NCBI GenBank assembly: GCA_023205875.1
Contig: CP060762.1
Coordinates: forward strand, 496,001-560,000
Reading direction: 5' to 3'
DNA: 64,000 nt
Source: Chloropicon primus
Lineage: Eukaryota
Every line of letters begins with the position of its first letter. Within the stretch, counting starts at the first letter, position 1. The notes below the pieces were generated by a model. It did no database searches and had not been told where the DNA came from. It worked only from the letters and a program-made list of their open reading frames with translations. Positions 20,268-31,198 of this stretch are shown piece by piece. The translations under genes and the position numbers were made by a program.

Positions 20268-22301
20268 ATGTTTGGTACTGCTGCGAGTGGTGGGGCGTCG
20301 TCGATGGAGCCAACGGGCGTCGTTCATGTGAACCTGATGTTCTACGTCTCGGCGTTGGTCGTCCTGACGTCCCTCGGTGCGTTGTACGTCAAGTACGCAG
20401 CGTCCAAATCCAAGGAGTACGACCTGTATGCTCCCAGGCAGAACGGGACCCAGGAGCAGCAGGCGGAGGGTCCCAAGGTCTCGGTGCTGTTCGGGACGCA
20501 GACCGGAACCGCGGAGAGGTTCGCGAACCAGATCAGCGAGGAGATCAACGAGAGGTACCCCAAGGTGAAGGCTGCGGCGTATGACATAGAGACGTACGAC
20601 CACGAGAACAAGCTAGAGGCCGAGGAGCTCGCCTTGTTCTGCGTCGCCACGTACGGCGACGGGGAGCCGACGGACTCCGCCCTGAACTTCACGACCTGGA
20701 TGGGCGACTTGGTGTCCAAGGGGGAGGAGGACGGCTCGATGCCGTTGAAGGGCCTCAAGTATGGCGTGTTCGCGCTGGGGAACAAGCAGTACGAGCACTA
20801 TTGCGCCTGCGGAAAGCTCGTGGACAGGCGCCTCAAGGCCCTCGGCGCGACGCAGGTGATCGAGAGGGGCGAGGGCGACGACGACGCCAACATCGAGGAC
20901 GACTTTGCCGCCTGGAAGGAGAAGCTTTGGGTCGAGTTGGACAACTTGGGCTACGCCGCCGCCACGAAGATGAACGGGGCGAACGGCCACCACGCCAACG
21001 GGAACGGGGTGGCGGTCAAGAAAACTCCCAGCAAGGCCCCGGAGGAGTTCTCCGTGGAGAAGGTTGCGGGCACGGCGAGCCTCTGGCGCTTCGACAAGGC
21101 GGAGATCGGACCAAACTCCCCGGTCGAGGTCCCGGTCTCGGAGAGGAGGGAGCTCCACACGTCCGAGTCGGACAGGTCCTGCATCCACGCCGAGCTAGAC
21201 ATCTCGGGGACCAACCTTTCGTACGAGACGGGGGACCACGTGGGCATCTTCGCCAGCAACCCGCCCGAGCTGGTCTCGGAGGCTCTCAAGCGCCTGGATT
21301 ACGACGGCAAGTCCTTCGTCAAGCTGACGGCCAAGCCTGGGTCCAAGCTCTCCAAGCTGATGTTCGAGGGGAAGGCCATGTCGATCAGGGACCTCGTGTC
21401 CTACTTCTTGGACTTGCAGTCCCCTCCGCGGAAGGAGTCCCTGCTGGCGCTGGCGGCGTGCGCCTCCGACCCAAAGGAGAAGGCCAGGCTCGAGCATCTC
21501 GCGAGCAAGGAGGGGAGGGACGAGTACAGGAGCTACATTTTGGACGACCTGAGGTCTCTGCTGGAGGTCCTCCAGGCTTTCCCGAGCGCCAAGCCTAGCT
21601 TGGGCGTCTTCGCGGCCAGGATCGCCCCAAAGCTGCAACCCAGGTTCTACAGCATCTCCTCCTCCCCTCTCAAGCACCCCAAGAGCATCCACATCTCGTG
21701 CGCCTTGGTGGAAGGCGACTCGCCCACGGGAAGGTACCACAAGCGCGTAGCGAGCACTTGGCTCTCCAGGTGCAAGCCAAACTCGTCCAAGATCGCCGTT
21801 TTCGTCAGGAAGTCTAACTTCAAGTTGCCCCAGAAGGCGGAGGCCCCCATCATCATGATCGGCCCAGGCACCGGCTTTGCCCCCTTCAGGGGGTTCTTGC
21901 AGGAGAGGGAGGCCCAGGCCTCGATGGGCGGAGCTGGGCTCGGGGAGGCTCACCTTTACTTTGGGTGCAGGAGCAGGACCAAGGACTTCATCTACGAGGA
22001 CGAGATCATGGGCTGGAAGGAGTCTGATGTGCTGTCCATGTTGAACTGCGCGTTCTCGAGGGACCAGGCGAAGAAGGTCTACGTTCAAGATCTGATCAAG
22101 CAGAGGGCACAGGAGTTCTACCGCCTGATCGGGGAGGAGAAGGCTTCTCTGTACATTTGCGGGGACAAGAACATGGCGAAGGACGTCAACCTCGTCTTGC
22201 ATTCCATTATCCAGCAGCAGGGGGGCAAGACCAGCTCCGAGGCCGAGGGGATGATCAAGGACATGCAGACGGAAGGAAGGTACATGCGGGACGTGTGGTG
22301 A
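20268..22301 (+). CDS. CPR: NADPH-cytochrome P450 reductase
   Basis: N-terminal TM anchor; FMN motifs GTQTGTAE and ATYGDGEPTD; FAD motif PRFYSISSS; NADPH motif MIGPGTGFAPFRGF; C-terminus RYMRDVW. Confidence 0.95.
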   Translation: MFGTAASGGASSMEPTGVVHVNLMFYVSALVVLTSLGALYVKYAASKSKEYDLYAPRQNGTQEQQAEGPKVSVLFGTQTGTAERFANQISEEINERYPKVKAAAYDIETYDHENKLEAEELALFCVATYGDGEPTDSALNFTTWMGDLVSKGEEDGSMPLKGLKYGVFALGNKQYEHYCACGKLVDRRLKALGATQVIERGEGDDDANIEDDFAAWKEKLWVELDNLGYAAATKMNGANGHHANGNGVAVKKTPSKAPEEFSVEKVAGTASLWRFDKAEIGPNSPVEVPVSERRELHTSESDRSCIHAELDISGTNLSYETGDHVGIFASNPPELVSEALKRLDYDGKSFVKLTAKPGSKLSKLMFEGKAMSIRDLVSYFLDLQSPPRKESLLALAACASDPKEKARLEHLASKEGRDEYRSYILDDLRSLLEVLQAFPSAKPSLGVFAARIAPKLQPRFYSISSSPLKHPKSIHISCALVEGDSPTGRYHKRVASTWLSRCKPNSSKIAVFVRKSNFKLPQKAEAPIIMIGPGTGFAPFRGFLQEREAQASMGGAGLGEAHLYFGCRSRTKDFIYEDEIMGWKESDVLSMLNCAFSRDQAKKVYVQDLIKQRAQEFYRLIGEEKASLYICGDKNMAKDVNLVLHSIIQQQGGKTSSEAEGMIKDMQTEGRYMRDVW

Positions 22302-22463
22302 TTGGAGGGGGGCTTTGGTGATTGATCCCGGTTTTTTCATTCTATTTTTATATTAAGTTTGTGTGTAATAATGTAGCTCTTCCTTTTCTTTTTCTGAAAA
22401 AGAAAAACAAGTATTGTTGTTGTTGTTGTTGTCCGAGTCTCATCATCAGAATTGTGCCGCCCC

Positions 22464-23452
22464 TCACGAGGACTTGGGCCAAAAGTTGTCCAGCTTCTCC
22501 TTTCCGACCGCCGATGATGGGGTCACGCCGCTCACGGGGGTTCCATTGAGGCCCTGCACCTGGCCCATCATCGGGTTGCCGTGGGGGCCAGGAGGGCCAG
22601 GAGGAGGCTGAGGCCTGAGCGAGGCCGGTATCTTCAGACCAAGCATCCTCAGCACAAACCTCGCCATCTCGGCGTACAAAGAGCCGCTCCTGTCGACGAG
22701 CATGAGAATTGCGCTGATGAAGAAGTTCAAAGCGTGAACGTTCTCGTCCACCAGGAACGCGAGCCTCCCAAACAGGTCGAAGGCCGAGTGAAGGGCTCTC
22801 AAGAATGTCTGCCAGCCGCTCGGCGGGGCGGGAGGTCCCCCCTGCATGCCTGGCTGCATGCCGTTCATACCGTTCATGCCCATGCCCATGCCATACCCTG
22901 AAAGAGAGAGAGGGAGAGAGAGGGAGTCAGCAGCGAGCCTTGGAAGCTTCGAAGAAGAAGGACTTGGACACCCACGCAAACCCACGCAACACGTGCGTTT
23001 CGGAGGAAAGAAGAAAGAAAGAAAGAAAGAAAGAAGAACCTACCTCCCATGCCGCCGTATCCCATGCCTCCCATGCCGCCGTACATAGAACCGTATCCTG
23101 AGCCGTACATAGAACCGTACCCTGAGCCCATGTAGGAGCCTCCCATGTAGCCTCCTGTTCCGTATGAACCGTACCTGTTCCCGTAAAGACCTCCCCCGTA
23201 GCCTCCCATGCCTCCCATGCCGTACGAGCCCCCGTACATGCCCGATCCACCCGCGAACGCGCTCCCGTACTGCCTCTGGCCGTACGACGTCGACGCTTCC
23301 ATGGCGTCCTCGCCCCTGAGGTCTGCCCCTCCTCCCTCTGGCGTCTGCGCTTGCGTCGCTGCTGCTTGCTGCGCCACTTGAGTCACTTCGACGGACGTCG
23401 GCGTCGCGCTTCCGCGAGATATCTGCCAAGGCTTAGCCGGTGGTGCTGACAT
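22464..23452 (-). CDS. PEX13: Plant-type peroxin 13; exons 23452-23044 and 22897-22464
   Basis: N-terminal PPAKPW, a YGG-rich domain, then [59 protein letters not shown]. Phase-1 GTAGGT...TTTCAG intron at 22898-23043. Confidence 0.88.
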
Positions 23453-23743
23453 AGTTCCGCTCTCTCAAAGCCCAAGCGCTCCTCTTGTTTGCTTCCTCTT
23501 CGCCTTCCTCGCCTCTCGCCCTTCTGCCGCCTTTTTCTGACCACGACGACGAGGATCCCCAGGGCAGATGAATGGAGATATTGGATGATGATGATGTCAC
23601 TGGAGGAGGATATGGATATGGAGAGGACATTAATGTGATGATGGTGGATGATTACAGGCCATGCCTGGTTACTATTACGTCTTCTTCTTCTTCTTCAGCT
23701 TCGTTCGTCCTTCTGTATGCTCCTCTCTCGCTTCTCTTGGGTC

Positions 23744-25468
23744 TCAGAGCTCGTTCTGGGCCGACTTCTCGGAGTTGAAGTTGAAGCTGGAGATCCAAGG
23801 AATCTCTGGCACGTTCTCGTCGATCACAGAGTCGACGTGCTTCTCCCTGGTGAACATGACGTCAAAGTTGCTCACGTCGATGGAGTCCTCCATCGATGGC
23901 TTCCAGGGCCCCGGGTCCTCCCTCTTCATGACCCGGTCCCAGTCCACCGCGGCGAAGAAAGGGTGGGACTTGACCTCCTGCATGCCCCCCGCACCGATCC
24001 TCTTGTAAGGCAGCTTGCTGAGGAGGCCCGTGAGAAGGGACTTGGCTTCGCCCGACATGGTCTCCGGGTACTTGGGCTGCGCCTTCAGGATGTTGTTGTA
24101 CATCTGCATGTGGTTGGGGTGGTAAAAAGGGTGCCGGCCCACGAGCATCTCGTACAGGAGAACCCCCAGGGCCCAGCAGTCGATCTCCTCGCCGTACCCC
24201 TGCTTCTGCAGGATCTCCGGCGCCATGAACTCCGGGGTGCCGCAGATGGTGTACGTCTGAAACCCGTTGCACTCCTTGACGAGCCCAAAGTCCGTCAGGC
24301 GCAGGTGGCCCTCCTCGTCGATCAGGATGTTCTCCGGCTTCAAGTCGCGGTAGATGACGTTCATGCGGTGGAGGTACTCGATGGCCAGGATCACCTCCGC
24401 GCAGTAGACCCTGGCATCGGGTTCGCTCAACCTCTTGACCTGCTGCAGCCTGTGGAAGAGCTCCCCTCCGGGGCAGTAGTCCAGGGCCATGTAAGCCCTC
24501 GTTTCCGTCTGGAACGCGTAGTGGATGCCCACGATGAAGGGGTGCTTCACCCTCGACAGGATCGACCTCTCCACGAGGGTGTTCCTCAGCTGGCCTTTCG
24601 CTTCGAGGACCTCCCTCTTGAGAATCTTGACCGCGTACAGCTTGCCCGTGTCCTTCTTCTTCGCGAGGACGACCTTGCCGTACTGCCCTCTGCCGATGAC
24701 GCTGAGCCAATCGAACTTGTTCTTGTGCATCTCGCTCGCGGAGTTCAGCTCCATCACCTGCTGGGTCCACTTGCGGACGGACTCCTCGCTCTCCGCGCAC
24801 AGCAGCAGCGTCCTGTAGGGGGAGATGACCGCGAACTTGTGCTTCTCGCCCCCTCCCCCGGCCTCCCCATCCATGGGGATGACGGAGGCCTCGTCGATGT
24901 GGCGCACGCAACCGATGGGCGTCTCGTCCTTCTGGCTCTTGAAGTAGTAGAGCTTGTCGTCGTAGAGCTTGAACCAGCGCTTCTTCCACGTTCTCACGAA
25001 GCTCCCTTGCTTTGTCAGGTACCCCTCGAAGCGGACGTCGCCACCGAGCTCGGGTATGTCGTACTCCAGCACGGTCTTGTCGCTGAACTCGTGGCTGATG
25101 AACACTTGCATGATCTTCCTCGACACTTGGCCCTGGATGCTGTTCAGGGCCTCGATGATCTCCTCGATGAACACGAACCTCTTCCTCTCGTCGCTCACCA
25201 GGAAGTTCGAGATGTTGTACTTGCTCGTGAAGTACTTGCTCGACTCAGGGAGGACCTTCTTCAGGATCTCGTGCAAGTGCTTGAAGTGGCCAAAGCTCCT
25301 TCGAACCTTGCGACTCTGCCGGAATGCCGCGCTGCTCGTCGTCTCCGTCACCTTCACGTTATAGTAAAGCTTCCCGCCGTGGTCCAGGCCCGTCCCGCTC
25401 AGCTCCAGCTTCAACGCTCGCACGGAACCCACGGAGGCTCCGCCAGAGGTGCTCGGTTGTCCATCCAT
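23744..25468 (-). CDS. AGC Ser/Thr kinase with N-terminal PX-like and PH domains (Akt/SGK-like)
   Basis: PX-like segment (YYNVKV...VRRSFGHFKHLHEIL); PH domain (EGYLTKQGSFVRTWKKRWF...LCAESEESVRKW); kinase motifs GRGQYG, YRDLKPEN, TDFG, TICGTPEFMAPE; AGC tail NFDVMFT. Probable ATG at 25468. Confidence 0.9.
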   Translation of the reverse strand: MDGQPSTSGGASVGSVRALKLELSGTGLDHGGKLYYNVKVTETTSSAAFRQSRKVRRSFGHFKHLHEILKKVLPESSKYFTSKYNISNFLVSDERKRFVFIEEIIEALNSIQGQVSRKIMQVFISHEFSDKTVLEYDIPELGGDVRFEGYLTKQGSFVRTWKKRWFKLYDDKLYYFKSQKDETPIGCVRHIDEASVIPMDGEAGGGGEKHKFAVISPYRTLLLCAESEESVRKWTQQVMELNSASEMHKNKFDWLSVIGRGQYGKVVLAKKKDTGKLYAVKILKREVLEAKGQLRNTLVERSILSRVKHPFIVGIHYAFQTETRAYMALDYCPGGELFHRLQQVKRLSEPDARVYCAEVILAIEYLHRMNVIYRDLKPENILIDEEGHLRLTDFGLVKECNGFQTYTICGTPEFMAPEILQKQGYGEEIDCWALGVLLYEMLVGRHPFYHPNHMQMYNNILKAQPKYPETMSGEAKSLLTGLLSKLPYKRIGAGGMQEVKSHPFFAAVDWDRVMKREDPGPWKPSMEDSIDVSNFDVMFTREKHVDSVIDENVPEIPWISSFNFNSEKSAQNEL

Positions 25469-26214
25469 CGCAGCAGATGAGGCTGATGCTGGTGCTGATG
25501 GTGTCCCAACGCTTCCAACGAAGCAAAGATACCGTCTTGGTGGCACGCCTCGAAAGGTGATCAGACGTGCTCTCGCCCCAAGCCCTCCTCGGCTCAACCT
25601 CGGCCTTCCTCCAGCACGGACTCCCCCACCCCACTCCTTGGCTTCACCCCTCGTCTGCCGAGTAGACCTTCCCTCACGCCCTTTCCAACCCCTCCGACCT
25701 CCAAATCGCTCGAGAGAGGTGTCCCTCGAAAGAGAATGAGTTACCCTTCCACCAAGTCTCGACCCCTCGCTCCCTTCCGTTACTCCTCCGACTCCAGTGC
25801 CCTCCGAAGGAACGCCACCACCGACTGCTGGGCCCCACAACACAAGTTTTTGAACCCGTCCGTTAATCAACGACTTTAACACCATTCCATGAGAGACGTT
25901 ATTTTTAGAGGAAGGATAATTTGAGGCGCAGAGAGCCCGGAGGCCCTCGACATCTCGTGGTCAGGGGTGGCGAGCACAGTGGCGGGCACTTTTGAGGCAA
26001 GGTAAGTCCGTGTGGATGGTGACGAGAGGTGTCGTCGCGTTGCATCTGGACGTATTCCTCGTCTCGTTCTCTTTCCGTGAACCCCTCTCATGAAGCGAAT
26101 GGCGCTGGGGCGAAGATGCCAGGAGTTGTTGTTGTTGTTGTTGTTGATGATGATGATGATGATGATGACTAAAACTTCAAGCTCTCCTCCCTTTGCTTCC
26201 TGTGCCGTGATGGA

Positions 26215-26850
26215 ATGATGGCAGACAACACGCGAGCGACGGACGGAGAGATGATGCAAGGGTCTGTTGGAGTGAGGGGACTGGGGTGTGGGAAGGTCGG
26301 CGTCGTCCGGGCGAAGGCGAGGGCGGTGCCGTCTTCGAGGGGGCTGAGGCTCAGGGGAAGGAGGGACCAGCAGTCTCTCTCGTCGACGGTGGTGGTGCGG
26401 GCTCAGGAGGAGGAGGGCATCCAGGAGGTTCTCTCCAAGGGCTTCGCGTCCGCGATGAAGTTCGTCGAGAGTCTCCGGGACGAGAAGCCGCCGTCGTCCG
26501 GTGGTGGTGGAGGAGCCCCGAAGAGCGAGGGGGACTCCGGCGTCGTCGGCAGCGTGGTCCAGTGGGTCAACGAGCAGATCTACGACAAGACGGAGGGTGA
26601 CAACAGGGTGACTCTGGTCGACGAGGACCTGGTCTCGAGGGTCAAGGCCCCCGACGGCGTCACCTTCCCCACGCAGAGCCCAAAGCTCCCAAAGCTCACC
26701 ATGGGGTTCACTCACATGGCGGAGAGGTGGAACAGCCGCGCGTCGATGGTTGGGTTCTTCTCCCTCCTGTTCATTGAGCTCGTCACGGGCAAAGGTCTGC
26801 TGGAGCTCTTGGGACTCCAGGTGGGCAACGGACTCGGATTCGAGCTGTAA
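26215..26850 (+). CDS. OHP1: One-helix LHC-like protein (OHP1/HLIP family); true start may be 26251
   Basis: Transit-peptide-like N-terminus (ending VVVRA) and a C-terminal chlorophyll-binding helix GFTHMAERWNSRASMVGF...IELVTGKGLLELLGLQVGNGL. Confidence 0.85.
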   Translation: MMADNTRATDGEMMQGSVGVRGLGCGKVGVVRAKARAVPSSRGLRLRGRRDQQSLSSTVVVRAQEEEGIQEVLSKGFASAMKFVESLRDEKPPSSGGGGGAPKSEGDSGVVGSVVQWVNEQIYDKTEGDNRVTLVDEDLVSRVKAPDGVTFPTQSPKLPKLTMGFTHMAERWNSRASMVGFFSLLFIELVTGKGLLELLGLQVGNGLGFEL

Positions 26851-27028
26851 GGAACAAGAGATGGGTGACCGGACAACAAAAAGAGAGGCGCCGCGGTACT
26901 GCTTCACTACTAAGGTACACAAAAGATGTAATATAGGTGTTTTTGGAAGAGCGCTTCTCTCTCTCTCTCTCTACCTGCCTGCCTCTCTCGCCCCCCCCCC
27001 CCCCCGCCTTGCATCGATCCTTCCACGG

Positions 27029-28497
27029 CTACTTCTTCCTCGGCTTCGACTTGACTTCGCTGTCTTGCACGGCGTGGAGCATGATGTAGTTCTGCGACTG
27101 GCTAGGGTTGTACTCAGAGCTTCCCCGGCTCCAATCGTAAGACACAGCGTAGGCCAAGATCGACCCATCCCCGTTAAAGCTGCAGCACGGAATCGGCTGA
27201 GAACACGCTTGCATCGCCTTGAGCCTCTGCTTCGTGTCCTTGTCCCAGAAGTTGTAAGCACCGTCGCCACCAACCGTCGCAAACGTGCCGTACCGAGGGT
27301 GAAACGCTATGTCGTTCACCGAGTAGATGTGATTCCCGTCGCCCCTGTGGCATTTGAAAGTGAAGTTCGCCTTGGGGTCGCTTGGATCCTCCACGTGATG
27401 CACCGCAACCCTTCCTTCGATGGAGCCTATGAGGTAGCCCATCCTGTTCGGGAACGCCGCGATCGTCCTCGTCTGATACTTCAACGGGGAGACGACCTTC
27501 TTGTACACTTGCTGCGGGGCGGTCTGAAGGTTGAAGATCTCAATGTGCCTCTCCGCGGTTCCGACAACGAGAAGAGGGAAGTTCAAAGAAAGCGCGTAGC
27601 ACCTCTCCGGAAGCTGGTGCACGTGGACGGCGTTTGGCGATCTCAAATCCCAATACCTGAGAGTCCTGTCCCAGCCACCTGTGACGAGCATGTTGAGCTC
27701 TGAGATGTAGGCCATCCGCCTGATGGGAGCATCGTGGGCCGCAACCTGCTGCTGCTGGTTCGACTGCAAGTCCCACATCTTCGCCTGGTTGTCACAGCCC
27801 GCGGAGAATATCTTCGACCCGTCACTGTGCCAGGCACTGCAAAGCACCGGAGCCTGGTGCGTTTGGGACGCCTTGGGAATCGCTTGGCCGTTCTGCTGCA
27901 CGTCCCAGCAACGCACCTGCGGAGCCGAGCGAGAGGAGGGCGGCAACGAAAAACCAAACCAAACCAAACCAAATACCAAAAGAAAAGTCAGTCTCCGAGG
28001 CTTCCCTCCCTCTCGTCACCTCAACCGCTGCTTCAGGCGAGGCGGAGGCGAGGACAGGATCGACTCGCTCACTGCACCGCATCGCATCGCATCGCTTGTC
28101 CTGCTCTCTTACCTGATTATCCCAAGACGTCGCTACGAGCAAGTTGGCTCTTGGGCTCCATGCCAAGCTCGAGACTCCATCCGTTGGCGGCTGCGAGACC
28201 TGCGGCATGAGGAAGCGACGACGAGACGAGCGGAAGGTCAGAGCACATCGCGCCAGGCTTCGATCTCAGCCCCACACGGCCATCCCACTTCTCCGCCTCC
28301 TTTGGAATGAAACCGAACACACTCCTCCATCATCACTCCATCTCCATCACTCGAGCGAGGAGAGGAGGAGAGGAGAAACAGACGAGAGAGGAGAGGAGAG
28401 GAGGGGAGAGGCAAAAGTCGATGGAGAGGGTGTCAGTCTTCCTTACCTCGAAATCATTGTTCGGGTTGTGGTTCTGAGGACTGGCGCGGAAAGCCAT
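27029..28497 (-). CDS. RAE1: mRNA export factor RAE1/Gle2 (WD40); exons 28497-28447, 28199-28113 and 27916-27029
   Basis: NPNNDFE|VSQPPTDGVSSLAWSP...SWDNQ|VRCW, SPLKYQTR, GSIEGRVAV, FTFKCHR, FWDKD, YAVSYDWSRG. Both introns are GT-AG and phase 0. Confidence 0.95.
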
Positions 28498-28918
28498 TGC
28501 GTCCCAACTGCCGTTCGTCGACGGCGCCAAAGGAAAGTTTTAGTTTTTTTTTTCTGAGAGGGGAGGGGAGGAAATGGCGGATGGTGAGTGAATGGCGGAT
28601 GGTGATGGGTGGCGAATGGTGGTGATGGAGTTCCGAGCTGATGCGTGATCATGGAAGTTGGACACAAAGATTGTTGCTTTCAAGCTGACACCGGACTAGA
28701 CCTGCTCGAGGAGGAAGAGAGCTGCTTCAAGTTCATCCAGTGGTGGTGACCTTCTACACACAAGTTGGACTGATTCTACAGCCAAGCCAAGCAGAGGAGG
28801 GAGGGATTGGAGATGGAGGGAGCACAGGAGGAGGCGCGGGTGGTGTGGTGTGATGGGGACGAGGACGGGGACGAGGTGCGTGACGGATGGCACTGCACTT
28901 CGCTATCCTTTTGCATTT

Positions 28919-30430
28919 TCAGAAAGAAGGGTATTTATTATTGATTTCATCCTCGCTGCGGATGTCCCAAACGAGGAGCTCTCCCTTGGCACCTCCAACG
29001 GCCAAGAGGGGCTTCGCCTCTGGTGAGAAAGTCGTGGTGAAGACAGGACCAGTCTTGAGCTTCTTGCTTAGGATCAGCTCGGGCTCGGATCCCGAAGTGA
29101 TGTCCCACAGCTTGACCGTCTTGTCCATGGAGCCCGTGGCCAGGAGACCCTTTGCCGCTGGGTTTGGGCACAGGGAAAGGTCGCAGCAAGGTTTGTCGTG
29201 CGCTTGGACGGACCACAGAGGCTTCGATCCGCCGCCCAGCCTCGTGTCGTACTTGGCGACAACTCCGTCCTCGCAGGAAACTAAGAACGAGGTCGGGTCG
29301 TGCACATCCCAAATGAGGCTCTCCACGTCCGCTTGAAGCTCCCACCTGACGGAGTTCTCGGCCCCGGAGCGCAGGTCTGACAGGTGAATCCTTCGATCGA
29401 ATCCTCCGCTCGCCAGGACCTGGGACTCCGCCGGGTTCCACGAAATGGACTGGACCTTGTCAGTGTGGTGCCTGAGCGTGTTCACGCACAGCAGCTTCTC
29501 CAGGTCCCACAACTTGATCGTCTTGTCAGCGGAGCCGCTGGCAAGGACGTTCCTGTACTCCCAGTTCCACGCGAGCGAGAGGACGGAATCCTCGTGACTC
29601 CCGTCCTTCAGCTTCCTGCGCTCCGGCATCTTGCCCTTCTTCTTCTTCTTCTTCTTCTTCTTCTTCTTCTTCGAGGACACGCTCGAGTCCATCGCGTCGT
29701 CCCCCAGCTCCTCGTCCTCGTAGCCACCCAGAACCGCGGCGGGCTGCAGGGAATCTATCGTGGTGAGGTCCCAAATCTCGATCTCGGGGTCAAAGGTCCC
29801 GATGGCGCACATCGGCTTCCTCGAAGAGGCGCTGGACGCGTCCCTCGGATCAAAGTCCCCGCCGGCCACGCAGAGCGCGAAGGCGGGAAGGATGATATCC
29901 TGGTACACGTAAAGGTTTCCCTCCGCCCCGAGGTCCTCGTAGACCCAAACCTCCAGCTGGGACAGGTCTTCCTCGTTCTTGGCCGCCAGAATCATGTGAT
30001 CCGTGGCTCGGAGCACCATGTCGTTCTCGTCCTCAGAGTCACTGGAAGCCTCGTCGTCGTTGATGTGAGGGTCTTCCTTGTTCTCCCTGTACATGGAACC
30101 GCCCGGCCGCTTGCCTCCGTAGATTGAAGTCACGAAAGCCTTCTCGTCGTCCTCATCGTCGTAAGCGTCCATGTTCAGCTCCGCCAGGGCGCCCTCCTCC
30201 CCGGACGCCGCCGCGGCCGCCACCTTGGCCTTCCCCTTGGCTCCACCCTCCTCCTCCACCTCCTCCATCTCCTCCTCGTCATCCTCCATCACCTCCTCCC
30301 AAGATTCCTCCTCCTCATCAATCGCCAAACTCTTCAGCAGCTCCTCGTCCACTTGAAGCCCTTTCGTCGGCTTCTTCCCGGCTTGAGCTCTCACCGCCTC
30401 ACGATTCAGCCAAGCACTGCAGGATATCAT
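28919..30430 (-). CDS. PWP1: Periodic tryptophan protein 1 homologue (WD40, nucleolar)
   Basis: MISCSAW start, acidic region, LEVWVYE...NLYVYQDIILPAFAL, EIEIWDL, poly-Lys, and HEDSVLSLAWN...LASGSADKTIKLWDL. Confidence 0.92.
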   Translation of the reverse strand: MISCSAWLNREAVRAQAGKKPTKGLQVDEELLKSLAIDEEEESWEEVMEDDEEEMEEVEEEGGAKGKAKVAAAAASGEEGALAELNMDAYDDEDDEKAFVTSIYGGKRPGGSMYRENKEDPHINDDEASSDSEDENDMVLRATDHMILAAKNEEDLSQLEVWVYEDLGAEGNLYVYQDIILPAFALCVAGGDFDPRDASSASSRKPMCAIGTFDPEIEIWDLTTIDSLQPAAVLGGYEDEELGDDAMDSSVSSKKKKKKKKKKKKGKMPERRKLKDGSHEDSVLSLAWNWEYRNVLASGSADKTIKLWDLEKLLCVNTLRHHTDKVQSISWNPAESQVLASGGFDRRIHLSDLRSGAENSVRWELQADVESLIWDVHDPTSFLVSCEDGVVAKYDTRLGGGSKPLWSVQAHDKPCCDLSLCPNPAAKGLLATGSMDKTVKLWDITSGSEPELILSKKLKTGPVFTTTFSPEAKPLLAVGGAKGELLVWDIRSEDEINNKYPSF

Positions 30431-30917
30431 GATGACCACGACCACGACAACCTCTCCCTCGTCCGAACCAATCCCAACCTAAAACAAAGCAAGAGCGCGA
30501 CCCAACACCACGTCACACAATGCGACGCTTCTGCAAACCCTCCACCGAGACCTTGACCACCGAAGGTGCTGCCTCCTTCCTCTCTCTCCCTCCCTCTCTC
30601 TCTCTCTCTCTCTCTCGATGCAGATTGCAATACGTTGCGATGCCTTTGCCGTTTCCGAAGCCGCAAGAGCGACCACTCTTTGGAAAGCTCGCGAGGTGCT
30701 CCTTCCGAACGCACGGATCAATCTTCCTCGTGCCCTCCTCGTGCTCCGTCCTCCTCCTCGGCCGTCAGCTCTCTTCAGTCTCCTCGGCCGTCAGCTCTGC
30801 TGTAGCCCTAGGACTCTCAGACCTCATCAGTGCTGTGGTGCGCGAGAGCGGAGGGAGAGAGAGAGAGAGAGAGAGAGGAGGCGAGGAAGGGGTTGGGAGG
30901 AGAGGGGAGGGAGACCG

Positions 30918-31158
30918 ACCGGTAGAGCTTGTCGCGAGCATTCCAAAGAGTGTTCGCACGAAGCGAGGGGCGCTCTGGTGACGCGGGAGAGACGAGAGAG
31001 AGAGAGAGGAGGGACACCAGAGGACGAGGACGAGGAGACAGAGGGAGGGAGACAGCGAGGAGGACGGGAGGTGAGACGGGCACAGGGGTCCATCAACCGG
31101 TAGATCTTGTCGCGATCATTCCGAAGAGTGTTCGCACGAAACAAGGAGCGCTCTGGTG
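30918..31158. repeat. 63-bp direct repeat x2 (30918-30980 and 31096-31158; period 178 bp), with a partial inverted copy at 30669-30694
   Basis: ACCGGTAGA(G/T)CTTGTCGCGA(G/T)CATTCC(A/G)AAGAGTGTTCGCACGAA...GCGCTCTGGTG occurs twice. The reverse complement of 30669-30694 reads TCGCGAGCTTTCCAAAGAGTGGTCGC. Confidence 0.85.
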
Positions 31159-31198
31159 GAGTTTTGGTGACGCGGGAGAGGGGAACCAACAAGAGAGG

